Below, piece by piece: positions 1-9,578 of a DNA stretch of 32,000 nucleotides. Position 1 is the first letter of the stretch. Each line of letters begins with the position of its first letter. The position numbers were made by a program, and so were the translations under genes. The notes below the pieces were generated by a model. It was given only the letters and a program-made list of their open reading frames with translations, did not search any database and had not been told where the DNA came from. Origin of the DNA: Candidatus Saganbacteria bacterium (lineage in GTDB: Bacteria; Margulisbacteria; WOR-1; JAKLHX01); the NCBI GenBank assembly GCA_026387835.1, contig JAPLKZ010000005.1, forward strand, positions 211,048-243,047, written 5' to 3'.

Positions 1-1
1 A

Positions 2-457
2 TGTTTACGTCCGCAACATGACCGTCTTGCAGGGGATGTATCTCCGGAAAAAATAAGTAAATTTTATGCAATCCCTCAAGCTTTAACAGGACTACGCTTT
101 GATTTAAAGATTTCAACTGACACACAGGGCCGTATTCTCCCGTCATTGTTTCGGCCGAATAATTTTGCCGTGCTTCCGGGAAGTGCAGTTGAGTTTTCAG
201 ACATTCTTTACGGAAGAACTGCGGCTGCCTTTTTTGACCATCCGCAAGATGGTCTCCAGGTTCGTAGAGAGCCATTATATGAACATCTCTATCGTCTTGA
301 TACACTTGATCCTCCGGACGGCCACGGGATCCTAGTTGCAGTATTTCAGTTTGGAGTAATTAGTAACACAAAGGACGGATCAGATTCATCAAATTATGAT
401 GCGGGCGAGGGCTGGTGGCCCCTAGTACTTTCATTAAAAACTCCTGTTGATGAATAG
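2..457 (+). CDS. hypothetical protein, probably the 3-prime part of a gene starting upstream of the window
   Basis: Frame 2 has no stop from position 2 to the TAG at 455-457. The ORF-track start (TTG 146) has no Shine-Dalgarno (SD). No motif recognised. Positions 40-120 are A+T-rich, so a shorter gene starting inside the window cannot be excluded. Confidence 0.35.
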   Translation, partial: CLRPQHDRLAGDVSPEKISKFYAIPQALTGLRFDLKISTDTQGRILPSLFRPNNFAVLPGSAVEFSDILYGRTAAAFFDHPQDGLQVRREPLYEHLYRLDTLDPPDGHGILVAVFQFGVISNTKDGSDSSNYDAGEGWWPLVLSLKTPVDE

Positions 458-478
458 AGGCTAAAACCGAGGACGGCT

Positions 479-1639
479 CTACTTATACATCCCGAGCTGC
501 TGTGCTTTCTGGAAGACTTTTCCTTCTGTTAAATTTGACGGTGCGATGACGATATCTACGGACTGCATCTCTTTGATGTTCGAGGCGCCGAGAGTGCCCA
601 TCGAAGTCTTTAAGGCTCCCACAAAGTTCTCTGAGCCGTCATCGAATTTCGCGGGGCCGAGAAGTATTTCTTTTAATGAACCGATAGTCCCGACTTTTAT
701 CCTTGTCCCGCGCGGAAGCACCGAATTCGGAGTGGCCATGCCCCAGTGAAAACCTTTTCCGGGAGCTTCTTTGGATTTTGCAAGGGGCGATCCGATCATC
801 ACAGCGTCAGCTCCGCACGCGATAGATTTGCAGATGTCCCCGCCGACCACCATTCCGCCGTCAGCGATAATAGAAACGTATTTTTTTGTCTTCTTGTAAA
901 AATCATCCCTTGCGCAGGCGCAGTCAACGATTGCGGTAGCCATAGGTATTCCGATCCCCAGGACTCCGCGTGAAGTGCAGGCAGCACCGGGGCCTATTCC
1001 GACCAGTACGGCAGAAACTCCGGTCTCCATAAGTTTAAGCGCGACTTCGTATGTCACGCAGTTCCCGACTATAACAGGGATCCTGACCGACTTGCAAAGT
1101 TCCGACAGGTCAAGCGGCTTAAAGAGCTTTGTTTTATGAAGAGTGGAAACGACAGTCGCCTGAACCACTAAAATATCGGCTCCCGCTTTTTCCGCAATAT
1201 GCCCGTATTCCATGGCTTTCTGCGGCGTGACAGAGACGGCCGCGACCGCTTTTCTATCTTTTATCTGTTTTATTCTTTTTGTTATCAGTTCCGGTTTTAC
1301 TTCTTCAAGGTAGATCTTCTGCATCAAAGGGACATATTCTTCGCGCGGGGCAAGGGCAATGCGGTCAAGGACATTGTCCGCGTCTTCATATCTTGTCTGT
1401 ATGCCCTGGATGTTAAGGACTCCCATGCCGCCGCAACTGCTCATCAAGGCGGCCGTGTTCGGGTCGATGACGGAATCCATGGCGGATGCGATTATAGGCA
1501 GCTCAAGTTTCACTCCGGCGATCGTCACGGAAATATCCACTTCATCGGTCTCAACGGTAGAAAGCGACGGTACCAGCGCTATCTCGTCAAACCCGTAAAC
1601 CCTCCTTGTTTTTCTTCCTTTTCCCAGCTCTAGTTCCAT
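479..1639 (-). CDS. IMP dehydrogenase-related protein, GuaB3-like (no CBS insert)
   Basis: 386 aa. IMPDH/GMPR-type TIM barrel with active-site loop GIGPGAACTSR (compare IMPDH GIGPGSICTTR) and an IADGG...GGD phosphate-binding segment. The length and lack of a Bateman/CBS insert fit the GuaB3-type subgroup. Confidence 0.8.
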   Translation of the reverse strand: MELELGKGRKTRRVYGFDEIALVPSLSTVETDEVDISVTIAGVKLELPIIASAMDSVIDPNTAALMSSCGGMGVLNIQGIQTRYEDADNVLDRIALAPREEYVPLMQKIYLEEVKPELITKRIKQIKDRKAVAAVSVTPQKAMEYGHIAEKAGADILVVQATVVSTLHKTKLFKPLDLSELCKSVRIPVIVGNCVTYEVALKLMETGVSAVLVGIGPGAACTSRGVLGIGIPMATAIVDCACARDDFYKKTKKYVSIIADGGMVVGGDICKSIACGADAVMIGSPLAKSKEAPGKGFHWGMATPNSVLPRGTRIKVGTIGSLKEILLGPAKFDDGSENFVGALKTSMGTLGASNIKEMQSVDIVIAPSNLTEGKVFQKAQQLGMYK

Positions 1640-1683
1640 TGTTTGTCCTTTCTATCAGATCACTCCGCATTGGTCCGGATCGT

Positions 1684-1956
1684 TCAGCCGTTCATCATAT
1701 CTTTCGGCGGTTTTCCGGACAGCTCTTTTTCCACATACATGGCTATCATCTTTTCGAGCTCATCGACGACGGGTTTTGGTATCCATACTTCACCGCACTC
1801 CTCGCAGATGAAAGCCGGCACGTCCTCGATCACGTAAAGTTTTTCATTCTCGTAATGGTCAAGGCTGACCTTGTCAAAGTAAAGCTTCCCCCCGCAGGCG
1901 CTGCATTGACCGGGATTTAGATCGCTAAAGGAATCGTCAGTGTTGTCGAGTTTCAT
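1684..1956 (-). CDS. YgiT/MqsA-type zinc-ribbon protein without HTH domain
   Basis: 90 aa. Two CxxC pairs (CSACGG ... CEECGE) flank a beta-hairpin-like segment (LYVIEDVPAFIC), as in the YgiT-type zinc finger / MqsA N-terminal domain. No DNA-binding domain follows. Confidence 0.6.
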   Translation of the reverse strand: MKLDNTDDSFSDLNPGQCSACGGKLYFDKVSLDHYENEKLYVIEDVPAFICEECGEVWIPKPVVDELEKMIAMYVEKELSGKPPKDMMNG

Positions 1957-1993
1957 TTATCTTTGAAAATTATTATACATTAACAAAAGGCTC

Positions 1994-2023
1994 TTGACAA
2001 GAACACCGCATTAAAGATAAAAT
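1994..2023 (+). promoter_or_regulatory. sigma70-like promoter candidate for the vWA lipoprotein gene
   Basis: TTGACA (1994-1999), 18-nt spacer, TAAAAT (2018-2023). The ATG at 2073 is preceded by GGAAGGGGG. Confidence 0.35.
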
Positions 2024-2072
2024 TGTCTTCAGTCTGAAATAGAAAATCTAATCTGGAAGGGGGTGACTATTA

Positions 2073-3233
2073 ATGAAAAAGAATTTTCTTTTCTTATTGA
2101 CAGGTATTGTTTTGTTGTCAGCGACAGTGATCACAGGTTGTAATAACACGATCAATATTAATCTTGCGCCGGGCATGGTCACGTCACCTGAAGCTGTAGT
2201 ATCAGGAGCGGCTACTGTTTCCGGAGGCACGGTAACCCTTAACCTGGGCTCCATCATCGTGAGCGGTGAAGCGCTTTCCGGGTTAACGGCGGCGAACTTC
2301 AAGATCTATGTCGGGACAGGGACCGATGTAACTAAATATACAGAGGTCACCCCGACAGTGACTTCGACAACCACCAGCAAGATTGACATGGTATTTATCC
2401 TGGACAGGACAGGCAGCATGGGCAGGACAATTACCGGATGCAAAAACAGCATTGTGGCTTTTGCGTCGACTCTTGATGCCGCGGGTGCAGATGTGAAGTT
2501 CGGTGTTGTAGCTTTTGGTGATACTCCGTCTGAACAGATGAATATAGCTTTGCCGGCGTCATCAACCCAGGTCCAGACTTTCCTGGCGACTGTCACAGCG
2601 AGCGGCGGAGGCGACGGACCGGAAAACCCGCTTGATTCCATCATGTATGCGTATAACAACTATACATGGAGGGCAGGCGCGCAAAAAGTGTTCATCGTAT
2701 TGACGGACGCGTGCGCGCATCAAAAGGGTGATGGTCCGGACTATACAACAAGGACGCTTGCGGGCGTGCAGACATCGCTTTCGGGAAATGCCGTTGTATA
2801 CACGGTCAGTCCGACAGAGGACAGCAATGCTTATCCTTCGCCTGGATATGATACCGGAACTGCGGATATAAGATGGTTGGCTGACGGATGCGGCTGGACC
2901 CCGACTATAACGACCGCGACATATGGAACTGTAAAAGGCAGAGATGCCGCAGGGACTACTTATGTTGGGACCGGCGGAAAGTGGATGGGACTGCCATCAA
3001 GCGGCAATGTAGACCTTACAGCGCTTGGCATATCAACGTCTGTCACAAAAGGATACACGGTCACATTCAGCTATACTGTAGGCACGACCTTGTACATACA
3101 TGTCTTGATCGATAAAAATAAAGACGGGATATGGGATATTGACGGATTGCTTACCTTGACGGTTAGCACGTCCGGCAAGCCTGAAGGCGCAGTAGTTGAT
3201 CCTTCAAAGAGATGGAGACCCGGACATAACTAA
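2073..3233 (+). CDS. secreted lipoprotein with von Willebrand factor A (vWA) domain
   Basis: Signal peptide plus lipobox (LLSATVITGC). MIDAS-like start of a vWA domain (DMVFILDRTGSM) with following VAFGD and VFIVLTDA strands. Thr/Val-rich beta-sandwich-like N- and C-terminal regions. Confidence 0.75.
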   Translation: MKKNFLFLLTGIVLLSATVITGCNNTININLAPGMVTSPEAVVSGAATVSGGTVTLNLGSIIVSGEALSGLTAANFKIYVGTGTDVTKYTEVTPTVTSTTTSKIDMVFILDRTGSMGRTITGCKNSIVAFASTLDAAGADVKFGVVAFGDTPSEQMNIALPASSTQVQTFLATVTASGGGDGPENPLDSIMYAYNNYTWRAGAQKVFIVLTDACAHQKGDGPDYTTRTLAGVQTSLSGNAVVYTVSPTEDSNAYPSPGYDTGTADIRWLADGCGWTPTITTATYGTVKGRDAAGTTYVGTGGKWMGLPSSGNVDLTALGISTSVTKGYTVTFSYTVGTTLYIHVLIDKNKDGIWDIDGLLTLTVSTSGKPEGAVVDPSKRWRPGHN

Positions 3234-3251
3234 ATGTTCTCCCGTCTTATT

Positions 3252-3285
3252 AAAGAGGCCCTGAGAAATTGGGGCCTCTTTTTCT
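3252..3285 (+). terminator. rho-independent terminator 1 after the vWA gene
   Basis: Stem AGAGGCCC (3254-3261) / GGGCCTCT (3272-3279), 10-nt loop, followed by a T run. Confidence 0.6.
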
Positions 3286-3319
3286 GAGCCCGAACCCAAG
3301 CGGTTCGGCTCTTTTTTTT
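3286..3319 (+). terminator. rho-independent terminator 2 (tandem)
   Basis: Stem GAGCCCGAACC (3286-3296) / GGTTCGGCTC (3302-3311) with one bulged C, followed by eight T (3312-3319). Confidence 0.65.
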
Positions 3320-3351
3320 CTTGACAACACCCGTTATCAATAATAAACTTA

Positions 3352-5271
3352 ATGGTGATGAAAAAGATCCTGTCTCTTCTTTTTATAGGTTCATTATTAT
3401 TGTCCGGTTGCGGTGAGACCGTCATATCCAACGCTACGGTCACGGGTTTTGTGACTGACACTTCTGCTGCAGCGATCCCGGGAGCGACGGTGACTATAGC
3501 AGGGGTCTCGGGGACCACCGGATCAAGCGGCAGCTATAATTTAACCGGAGTAAAGACCGGACTGCAGACAATATCTGCATCCGCGGCGGGATATATCTCC
3601 CAGACGAAGCAGATAAATGTCGGCGCTCTTGAGACGAACTACGCGCCGGCCATGGTCCTTTCCAAAAAAGACGGCAAATCCACGGATGTTGGAAGCGGCG
3701 GCGGTGATGTTACTAATGCGGACGGTACCGTTAAAATAACCATACCCGAGAACGCGCTGAAATCCACGCAGATTATAACGGTCACAAAATGCGACCTGTC
3801 GGCTGCGCCGGCGCCACCGAGCGGATATAAATTCATCTATCTTGTCTATATAACGCCCGTGGACATCTCTTTAGAAAAAAAAGTGACGCTCAGGATACCC
3901 CTGTTGACCGAAGTGGCGTCGGATGTGACGGTCCCGTTCTTCAGGTTCGACACTTCAACTTTGAGCTGGGTCGCGATCGACAGCGGGTCAATTGATGCTG
4001 TAAGCAGTACGATATCAGTAGGTTTGAGCAATTTTGGCTGGATCGCTGCGGCGAGGAGCCTTGGTACGGGTTATGGAACCGTGAACGGAAGAGTTGTTTC
4101 ATCATCAGGCCCGGTGATCGTTGGAGCGAACGTCTGGTATTCTTCAAATATCACCGTCAGTGATCCGAGCGGAAATTACACTCTCTCAAATATGCCCGAA
4201 GGCACCCTGACGATAAATGCTTACGCTGCGGGTTACAACGCAAATACCGCATCAGTGACGGTAAAAGCCGGCAGCCTCGTTTACGCGCCGGACATAGTGC
4301 TTTCTCCGACCGCGCCGCTTTACGGTACGATAACAGGACAGGTGATCAGCTCTTCGACTTCAGCGGGGATATCAGGCGCAAGGATAACGGTCTCGGGAAA
4401 GACCGCGTACACGGATTCTTCAGGTCTTTTTACAGTGACTGACATATCTCCGGGTTCGGTCAGTGTGACGGTCTACGCAAATGGGTATCTAAAAAAGACG
4501 TCTTCCGCAACGGTCACTGCCGGTGCGGGCACCACGCTCAATTTTTCTATCGACGTGACGACAGTATCGACGTTCTTTGATGATTTTGAGACGGACAAAG
4601 AATGGGTTAAGTCTATCTCTTATGTATATTCGCCAAAATGTTTGTGGAACAGGACCGCTAATTCTGCCGCGGTCAAGGACATATATGCTCCTGTTTATGT
4701 CACTCTTCCCGATTATGAAAAGAACGGCGGGGCGATACCTCTTGCTTACAGCGGGAGTTATTCGTACTGGTTCGGCGAGGCTGACAAGGGCTCCTTTATG
4801 GGAGAACAGCTGACGGTCCCGCCCGATACGGCGTTGTCAGGAGGAACTTCCGCCGCAAGGTATCAGGGAGACCTTACATCACCAACTATAAGCCTTGCGG
4901 GATACGAGTCGGGTAAGCTTTCTTTCTGGACCTGGTGGGAAGTGGAATCGATGCACTGCGCTTCCGGATTTGACGTGATGAAGATAATGATATCGACGGA
5001 CGGCGGCGCCAACTGGAGCGATCTCGCGACGCTAAATCCGGTGATCGATCAGGCCGGCAAACAGGAATATCTTCCGTATTCATCGGGCGGATTCAATAAG
5101 GAAGGTGTCTGGGTAAAGCATGAATTAGACCTGACCCCTTATGTCGGCAATGACGTTCAGATACGTTTTTCGTTCGACGCGAAAGACAATAAATATAACG
5201 GTTTCAGGGGCTGGTTCATCGATGACGTGTCGGTGACTGCGGAGAGGATGTCGACGGCAGTGAGGAAATAG
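3352..5271 (+). CDS. large surface lipoprotein: three CarboxypepD_reg-like beta-sandwich repeats plus lectin/jelly-roll-like C-terminal domain
   Basis: Signal peptide and lipobox (LLLSGC). Three copies of the pattern G-x-V-x-(D/S)...G-(A)-x-(V/I)-T-(V/I)...G-x-(Y/F)-x-(L/V)...G-Y at about nt 3430-3650, 4063-4290 and 4312-4545. The C-terminal ~230 aa ends in GWFIDDVSVT, reminiscent of MAM / choice-of-anchor-J type domains (uncertain). The true start may be ATG 3358 (MKKIL...). Confidence 0.7.
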   Translation: MVMKKILSLLFIGSLLLSGCGETVISNATVTGFVTDTSAAAIPGATVTIAGVSGTTGSSGSYNLTGVKTGLQTISASAAGYISQTKQINVGALETNYAPAMVLSKKDGKSTDVGSGGGDVTNADGTVKITIPENALKSTQIITVTKCDLSAAPAPPSGYKFIYLVYITPVDISLEKKVTLRIPLLTEVASDVTVPFFRFDTSTLSWVAIDSGSIDAVSSTISVGLSNFGWIAAARSLGTGYGTVNGRVVSSSGPVIVGANVWYSSNITVSDPSGNYTLSNMPEGTLTINAYAAGYNANTASVTVKAGSLVYAPDIVLSPTAPLYGTITGQVISSSTSAGISGARITVSGKTAYTDSSGLFTVTDISPGSVSVTVYANGYLKKTSSATVTAGAGTTLNFSIDVTTVSTFFDDFETDKEWVKSISYVYSPKCLWNRTANSAAVKDIYAPVYVTLPDYEKNGGAIPLAYSGSYSYWFGEADKGSFMGEQLTVPPDTALSGGTSAARYQGDLTSPTISLAGYESGKLSFWTWWEVESMHCASGFDVMKIMISTDGGANWSDLATLNPVIDQAGKQEYLPYSSGGFNKEGVWVKHELDLTPYVGNDVQIRFSFDAKDNKYNGFRGWFIDDVSVTAERMSTAVRK

Positions 5272-5289
5272 GGGCCGTATTTCCCTTTA

Positions 5290-5298
5290 TGTTATAAT
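5290..5298 (+). promoter_or_regulatory. extended -10 promoter candidate for glyA
   Basis: TGTTATAAT (TGn + TATAAT at 5293-5298), then AGGAGG at 5309-5314 and ATG at 5323. No clear -35. Confidence 0.35.
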
Positions 5299-5322
5299 CT
5301 TTCTATCAGGAGGAAATTTTCC

Positions 5323-6588
5323 ATGCATTTCGGCATTGATAATTTAAGGCTGACCGATCCCGAGGTGGCTTCGGCTTTGGACGCGGAACTCGACAGACAG
5401 AGGAACAAGCTCGAGATGATCGCGTCGGAGAATTTTACCAGCAGGGCGGTGATGGAGGCGACGGGCTCGTGCCTTACAAATAAATACGCGGAAGGCTATC
5501 CTGGCAAAAGATATTACGGCGGATGCGAGTGTGTCGATACTGCGGAAAACCTGGCGATAGACCGTGCGAAGAAGCTTTTTGGTTCCCAGCACGCGAACGT
5601 CCAGGCACATTCGGGTTCACAGGCGAACACCGCTGCCTATATGGCATTCTTAAAACCCGGGGATACAGTTTTAGGCCTTAACTTGTCTCACGGCGGCCAC
5701 CTCACCCACGGCAGTCCGGTAAATATATCCGGAATACTTTTCAATTTCATTCCGTATGGCGTCAGGAAAGAAGATGAACTTATGGATTACGACCAGATAT
5801 CGGAACTTGCGAAAGTACATAAGCCTAAGATGATCGTCGCGGGAGCGACCGCATATCCGAGGACAATAGATTTTAAAAGACTGGGAGAAATAGCACGGGA
5901 AGCGGGCGCTTATCTTATGGTAGATATTGCTCATATCGCAGGACTTGTTATCGCAGGCCTGCATCCGTCTCCGGTCCCGCACAGCCATGTGGTAACATCG
6001 ACCACGCACAAGACGCTGAGAGGCCCCCGCGGCGGCCTGATACTTTGCAGGGAAGAATATGCGAAGCAGGTAGACAAAGCGGTGTTCCCGGGGATACAGG
6101 GCGGGCCTTTGATGCACGTGATAGCGGCCAAGGCCGTTGCTTTCAAAGAAGCGATGCTGCCGCAGTTCAAAACCTATCAGGAACAGATCATAAAGAACGC
6201 GAAAGCTCTGGAAAAAGCTATGATCAAGAACGGATTCAGGCTTGTTTCCGGCGGCACCGATACGCATCTGATACTTGTAGACCTTACAAACAAAGGGCTT
6301 ACGGGAAAAGCCGCGGAAAAGATCCTGGACGATGTCGGGATAACGGTCAACAAGAACACGATCCCTTATGAAACACAATCCCCTTTCATAACGAGCGGGA
6401 TCAGGGTGGGGGTCCCGGCGCTGACGACCAGGGGCCTCAAAGAACAGCAGATGGAAGAGATCGCTGTCCTGTTCTCAAGGATACTTTCTGACGCGGACAA
6501 TGAAAATGTAAAAAAACAGGTAAAAGAAGAAGTGGCAGCCTTGTGCGAAAGGTTCCCCCTATATGAAAAAGGAGCTTTTGAAGCTTGA
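5323..6588 (+). CDS. glyA: serine hydroxymethyltransferase
   Basis: 421 aa. Full-length SHMT pattern incl. [21 protein letters not shown] and the PLP-lysine motif [16 protein letters not shown]. Confidence 0.96.
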   Translation: MHFGIDNLRLTDPEVASALDAELDRQRNKLEMIASENFTSRAVMEATGSCLTNKYAEGYPGKRYYGGCECVDTAENLAIDRAKKLFGSQHANVQAHSGSQANTAAYMAFLKPGDTVLGLNLSHGGHLTHGSPVNISGILFNFIPYGVRKEDELMDYDQISELAKVHKPKMIVAGATAYPRTIDFKRLGEIAREAGAYLMVDIAHIAGLVIAGLHPSPVPHSHVVTSTTHKTLRGPRGGLILCREEYAKQVDKAVFPGIQGGPLMHVIAAKAVAFKEAMLPQFKTYQEQIIKNAKALEKAMIKNGFRLVSGGTDTHLILVDLTNKGLTGKAAEKILDDVGITVNKNTIPYETQSPFITSGIRVGVPALTTRGLKEQQMEEIAVLFSRILSDADNENVKKQVKEEVAALCERFPLYEKGAFEA

Positions 6589-7271
6589 TAGTCCTCAGCG
6601 GCGTCTCAAAGATATACCCTAACGGGGTCGAAGCGCTCTCCGGCGTGGACCTCAGCATAGGGAAAGAAGAATTTGTTTTTATAGTGGGCCCCACAGGTTC
6701 GGGCAAATCCACACTTTTAAAAATGCTCTACAGGGAGGAACTTCCCAACAGCGGCCAGGTGATCGTGGACAGGCTCAACATCGCTGATATCAAAAAGAAC
6801 CAGATCCCGTTCCTGCGGCGTAACATCGGCGTAGTTTTTCAGGATTACAAACTTCTTCCTTTAAGGACGGTATATGAGAACGTGGCGTTCGCCCTTCAGG
6901 TGCTGGGAGCTTCGCGCACTTATATCAGAAGGCAGGTGACGCAGGCGCTTGATCTGGTCGGCCTGCTGAAAAAAGCAAGAAGTTTTCCGGGCGAGCTGTC
7001 GGGCGGAGAGCAGCAGAGGGTCTGCATCGCGCGGGCGATAGTCAACAATCCTCCGCTGCTGTTGGCAGATGAGCCGACAGGGAACCTTGACCCTGCCACG
7101 TCCTGGGAGATCATCCATCTCCTTGAAAAGATAAACAAGCGCAGCACCACGGTAATAGTCGCGACGCATAACAAATCCATCGTGGACGGCATGAGAAAAA
7201 GAGTGGTCGCGCTCGAGAGCGGCCGCATCATAAGGGACCAGCAGCTGGGGGGCTACAGCAATGTCCTTTGA
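6585..7271 (+). CDS. ftsE: cell division ATP-binding protein FtsE
   Basis: 228 aa ABC ATPase: Walker [10 protein letters not shown], signature LSGGEQQR, Walker [13 protein letters not shown]. Followed by ftsX. TTG start overlaps the glyA stop by 4 nt. Confidence 0.9.
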   Translation: MIVLSGVSKIYPNGVEALSGVDLSIGKEEFVFIVGPTGSGKSTLLKMLYREELPNSGQVIVDRLNIADIKKNQIPFLRRNIGVVFQDYKLLPLRTVYENVAFALQVLGASRTYIRRQVTQALDLVGLLKKARSFPGELSGGEQQRVCIARAIVNNPPLLLADEPTGNLDPATSWEIIHLLEKINKRSTTVIVATHNKSIVDGMRKRVVALESGRIIRDQQLGGYSNVL

Positions 7272-8142
7272 GTTCTTTTTAAGGGAAGCGTGGAACGGTT
7301 TCCGCAGGAGCGGGATCATGAGCGTGATATCGCTGGCGACCATAACCGTGTCACTGGTCGTCCTTGGCGCGTTCCTTCTGGTGATGTTCAACCTTGGGCA
7401 TATCATCGACTCTGTCGGGTCCAAGATGGAGATCGTGGCTTATGTCGACAAACCAATAGACGACTATACCGCCAGCACTTATATGCTCCAGCTGACAAAG
7501 ATCGAAGGGGTCCAAAGCGTAAGATATATTTCAAAGGACGAAGCCTGGAGCGATTTTAAAAGAGATTTTGAGGGGCGGCTCGAACTTGAGGAGATCGTAA
7601 AAGACAACCCCCTGCCCAACGCTTTTGTCATCAAAGTGAAAAAGCCGCAGCTTGTGACGGCGGTGGCAAAAAAGATATCCAACGTGCCCGATATCGACGA
7701 GGTGAGATATTCCGGCAGATTAGCCGACCGCTTCCAGACGCTGCTTGACGCAGTAAGACTGGGAGGGCTGATACTTGTCGCCCTGCTGATACTGGCGACC
7801 CTTCTTATCGTGGTGAACACGATAAGGCTTACGGTGATAGCAAGGCAGACCGATATAGCGATAATGAAACTGGTAGGCGCGACCAACAATTTTATCAAGT
7901 GGCCTTTCATTATCGAGGGAATACTGATAGGCGTGATAGGCGCGGCGCTCTCGTTCATCATATTAAAGTTCTCGTATGACCTTGTCGCGATGCAGATCAT
8001 GAAAGCCCTGCCGTTCATACCGCTGGTCACCTCAAAGACGGAACTTTTTCTGATATACGGCGCGGTATCGGTCACGGGAGTGCTGCTCGGGGCTCTGGGA
8101 GGATATATTTCCGTAAATTCATTACTAAAGGAGACAATGTAA
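7261..8142 (+). CDS. ftsX: cell division permease-like protein FtsX
   Basis: 293 aa. N-terminal TM, extracytoplasmic loop, then three C-terminal TM helices. The LVGATNNFIKWPFIIEG motif is typical of FtsX. Overlaps ftsE by 11 nt. Confidence 0.85.
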   Translation: MSFEFFLREAWNGFRRSGIMSVISLATITVSLVVLGAFLLVMFNLGHIIDSVGSKMEIVAYVDKPIDDYTASTYMLQLTKIEGVQSVRYISKDEAWSDFKRDFEGRLELEEIVKDNPLPNAFVIKVKKPQLVTAVAKKISNVPDIDEVRYSGRLADRFQTLLDAVRLGGLILVALLILATLLIVVNTIRLTVIARQTDIAIMKLVGATNNFIKWPFIIEGILIGVIGAALSFIILKFSYDLVAMQIMKALPFIPLVTSKTELFLIYGAVSVTGVLLGALGGYISVNSLLKETM

Positions 8143-9570
8143 ATGCTGAAATTTTTCAGGGAAAAGATGAAGGCGATAATGATAACGATAGCGGTAATAT
8201 TCGCGGCGACGATGTTCTACGGCTTGGGGTATAAAGGGTTGAAAGGAGGTCCTGTCCAGCGCGCGACAAATGAAGGGCTCGCCACTGTGAACGGCAGGCA
8301 GGTGGACATATTCCGTTTCAACCAGATGGTCGGCCGCCTGATGGCGGCGCAGACAAAAGGAAGCCGCGACCCTATGGCTATGCTTTATATGCAGAACGTA
8401 GCCCTCGCGCAGCTCATTGATTTCACCGTTATTTTGCAGGCCGGGGAAGGACAGTCCAGGATAGGAGGGGAAGAGATCGACAAGGCAGTGACGGATATAA
8501 TGTATTCAAACAAGATCCCAGACCTTAAGACTTTCCAGAACATATTGAGGTCCCAGGGTTTTTCGCTGGACGATCTCCGCCGGATGATAAAGGACGAGAT
8601 AATCGTCCAGCGTTTTGTGGCAAAGATGAACGGAGAGGTCTCGGTGTCGCCGGACGATATGAGAGAGGTAAGAGCGCAACATATCCTGATAAGGCCGGCC
8701 GACGGGTCAAAAAAATCGTGGGATGAAGCGCTGAAACAGGCTGAGTCGGTATTGGCGCAGGCAAAGTCAGGCAAGGATTTTAACGCCCTTGCTAAGGAAT
8801 ATTCGCAGGACCCCGGGAACGCGAAAAAAGGAGGGGACCTCGGATTTTTTAAAAAAGGCGCGATGGTCAAAGAGTTCGATACGGCGGTCTTTGCGCTGAA
8901 GCCGGGAGAAGTGTCGCAGCCGGTAAAGACGCAGTTCGGATATCATATCATCAAGATGGATGAATCAAGGCTTGTCAAGGGAGCGGACAAAGAAAAGATC
9001 CTGGCGGAAAAAAAAGACAGGCTTTTCAAGGAATGGCTTGAGGGACGCAAAGAAAAGTCCCGGATCGAAATAAAGAACTATCTTTTAAATGCTTTTAACA
9101 TGATGCTTAAGAACGACCAGTCTGGCGCGGTGATGGAGTTCAAAAAAGCCGCGGAGGCTGAACCTCAGAGCCCGTACCCGCATCTATTTTTCGGCAACAT
9201 GCTGGTCCAGATGGGGAATAGCTCATCGGCATCGGAGGAATTCGGAAAGGCCGCGAACCTGGCGGGGCCCGATCCGTACGCCCATCTCTATATCGGGAAG
9301 GCATGCCTTAATACTTCAAGAACGTCGTCCGGAAAAACCGCAGAAGCGATGGCGGCAGAAGCGCTGTCGGAGTTCCAGAAAGCTTCCGTTCTCGCGGGCG
9401 AAAACAGAAAGATCCGTGAAGACCTGGCGGCATCGTTCAAAGAATTGAAGATGAAAACCCTTCTTTCGGAAGAGAACGGGAAACTTGAAAAAATAAAAGA
9501 GAAAGAAAAATTCGAGGAAGAGATAAAGAAAAAGATGGGAACGGGGACTTCCGAGACCGAAATAAAATGA
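8143..9570 (+). CDS. membrane-anchored parvulin-type peptidyl-prolyl isomerase (PpiD/PrsA/SurA-like) with TPR-like and K/E-rich C-terminus
   Basis: N-terminal TM helix. Parvulin core (AQHILI ... DLGFFKKGAMVKEFD ... FGYHIIK). Starts directly after the ftsX stop. Confidence 0.8.
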   Translation: MLKFFREKMKAIMITIAVIFAATMFYGLGYKGLKGGPVQRATNEGLATVNGRQVDIFRFNQMVGRLMAAQTKGSRDPMAMLYMQNVALAQLIDFTVILQAGEGQSRIGGEEIDKAVTDIMYSNKIPDLKTFQNILRSQGFSLDDLRRMIKDEIIVQRFVAKMNGEVSVSPDDMREVRAQHILIRPADGSKKSWDEALKQAESVLAQAKSGKDFNALAKEYSQDPGNAKKGGDLGFFKKGAMVKEFDTAVFALKPGEVSQPVKTQFGYHIIKMDESRLVKGADKEKILAEKKDRLFKEWLEGRKEKSRIEIKNYLLNAFNMMLKNDQSGAVMEFKKAAEAEPQSPYPHLFFGNMLVQMGNSSSASEEFGKAANLAGPDPYAHLYIGKACLNTSRTSSGKTAEAMAAEALSEFQKASVLAGENRKIREDLAASFKELKMKTLLSEENGKLEKIKEKEKFEEEIKKKMGTGTSETEIK

Positions 9571-9578
9571 TCCCGGCG

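Noticed and set aside
3352-5271. Target gene of a diversity-generating retroelement
   Set aside because: No reverse transcriptase, and no template/variable repeat pair noticed anywhere in the window. The C-terminal domain does not show an obvious CLec-type variable region.
5671-6378. 235-aa ORF on the minus strand
   Set aside because: Lies entirely antisense to the unmistakable glyA gene. Arg/Cys/Phe-rich, low-complexity translation typical of a shadow ORF.
7479-8075. 198-aa ORF on the minus strand
   Set aside because: Antisense to ftsX. Ser/Ile-rich translation with no recognisable domain.
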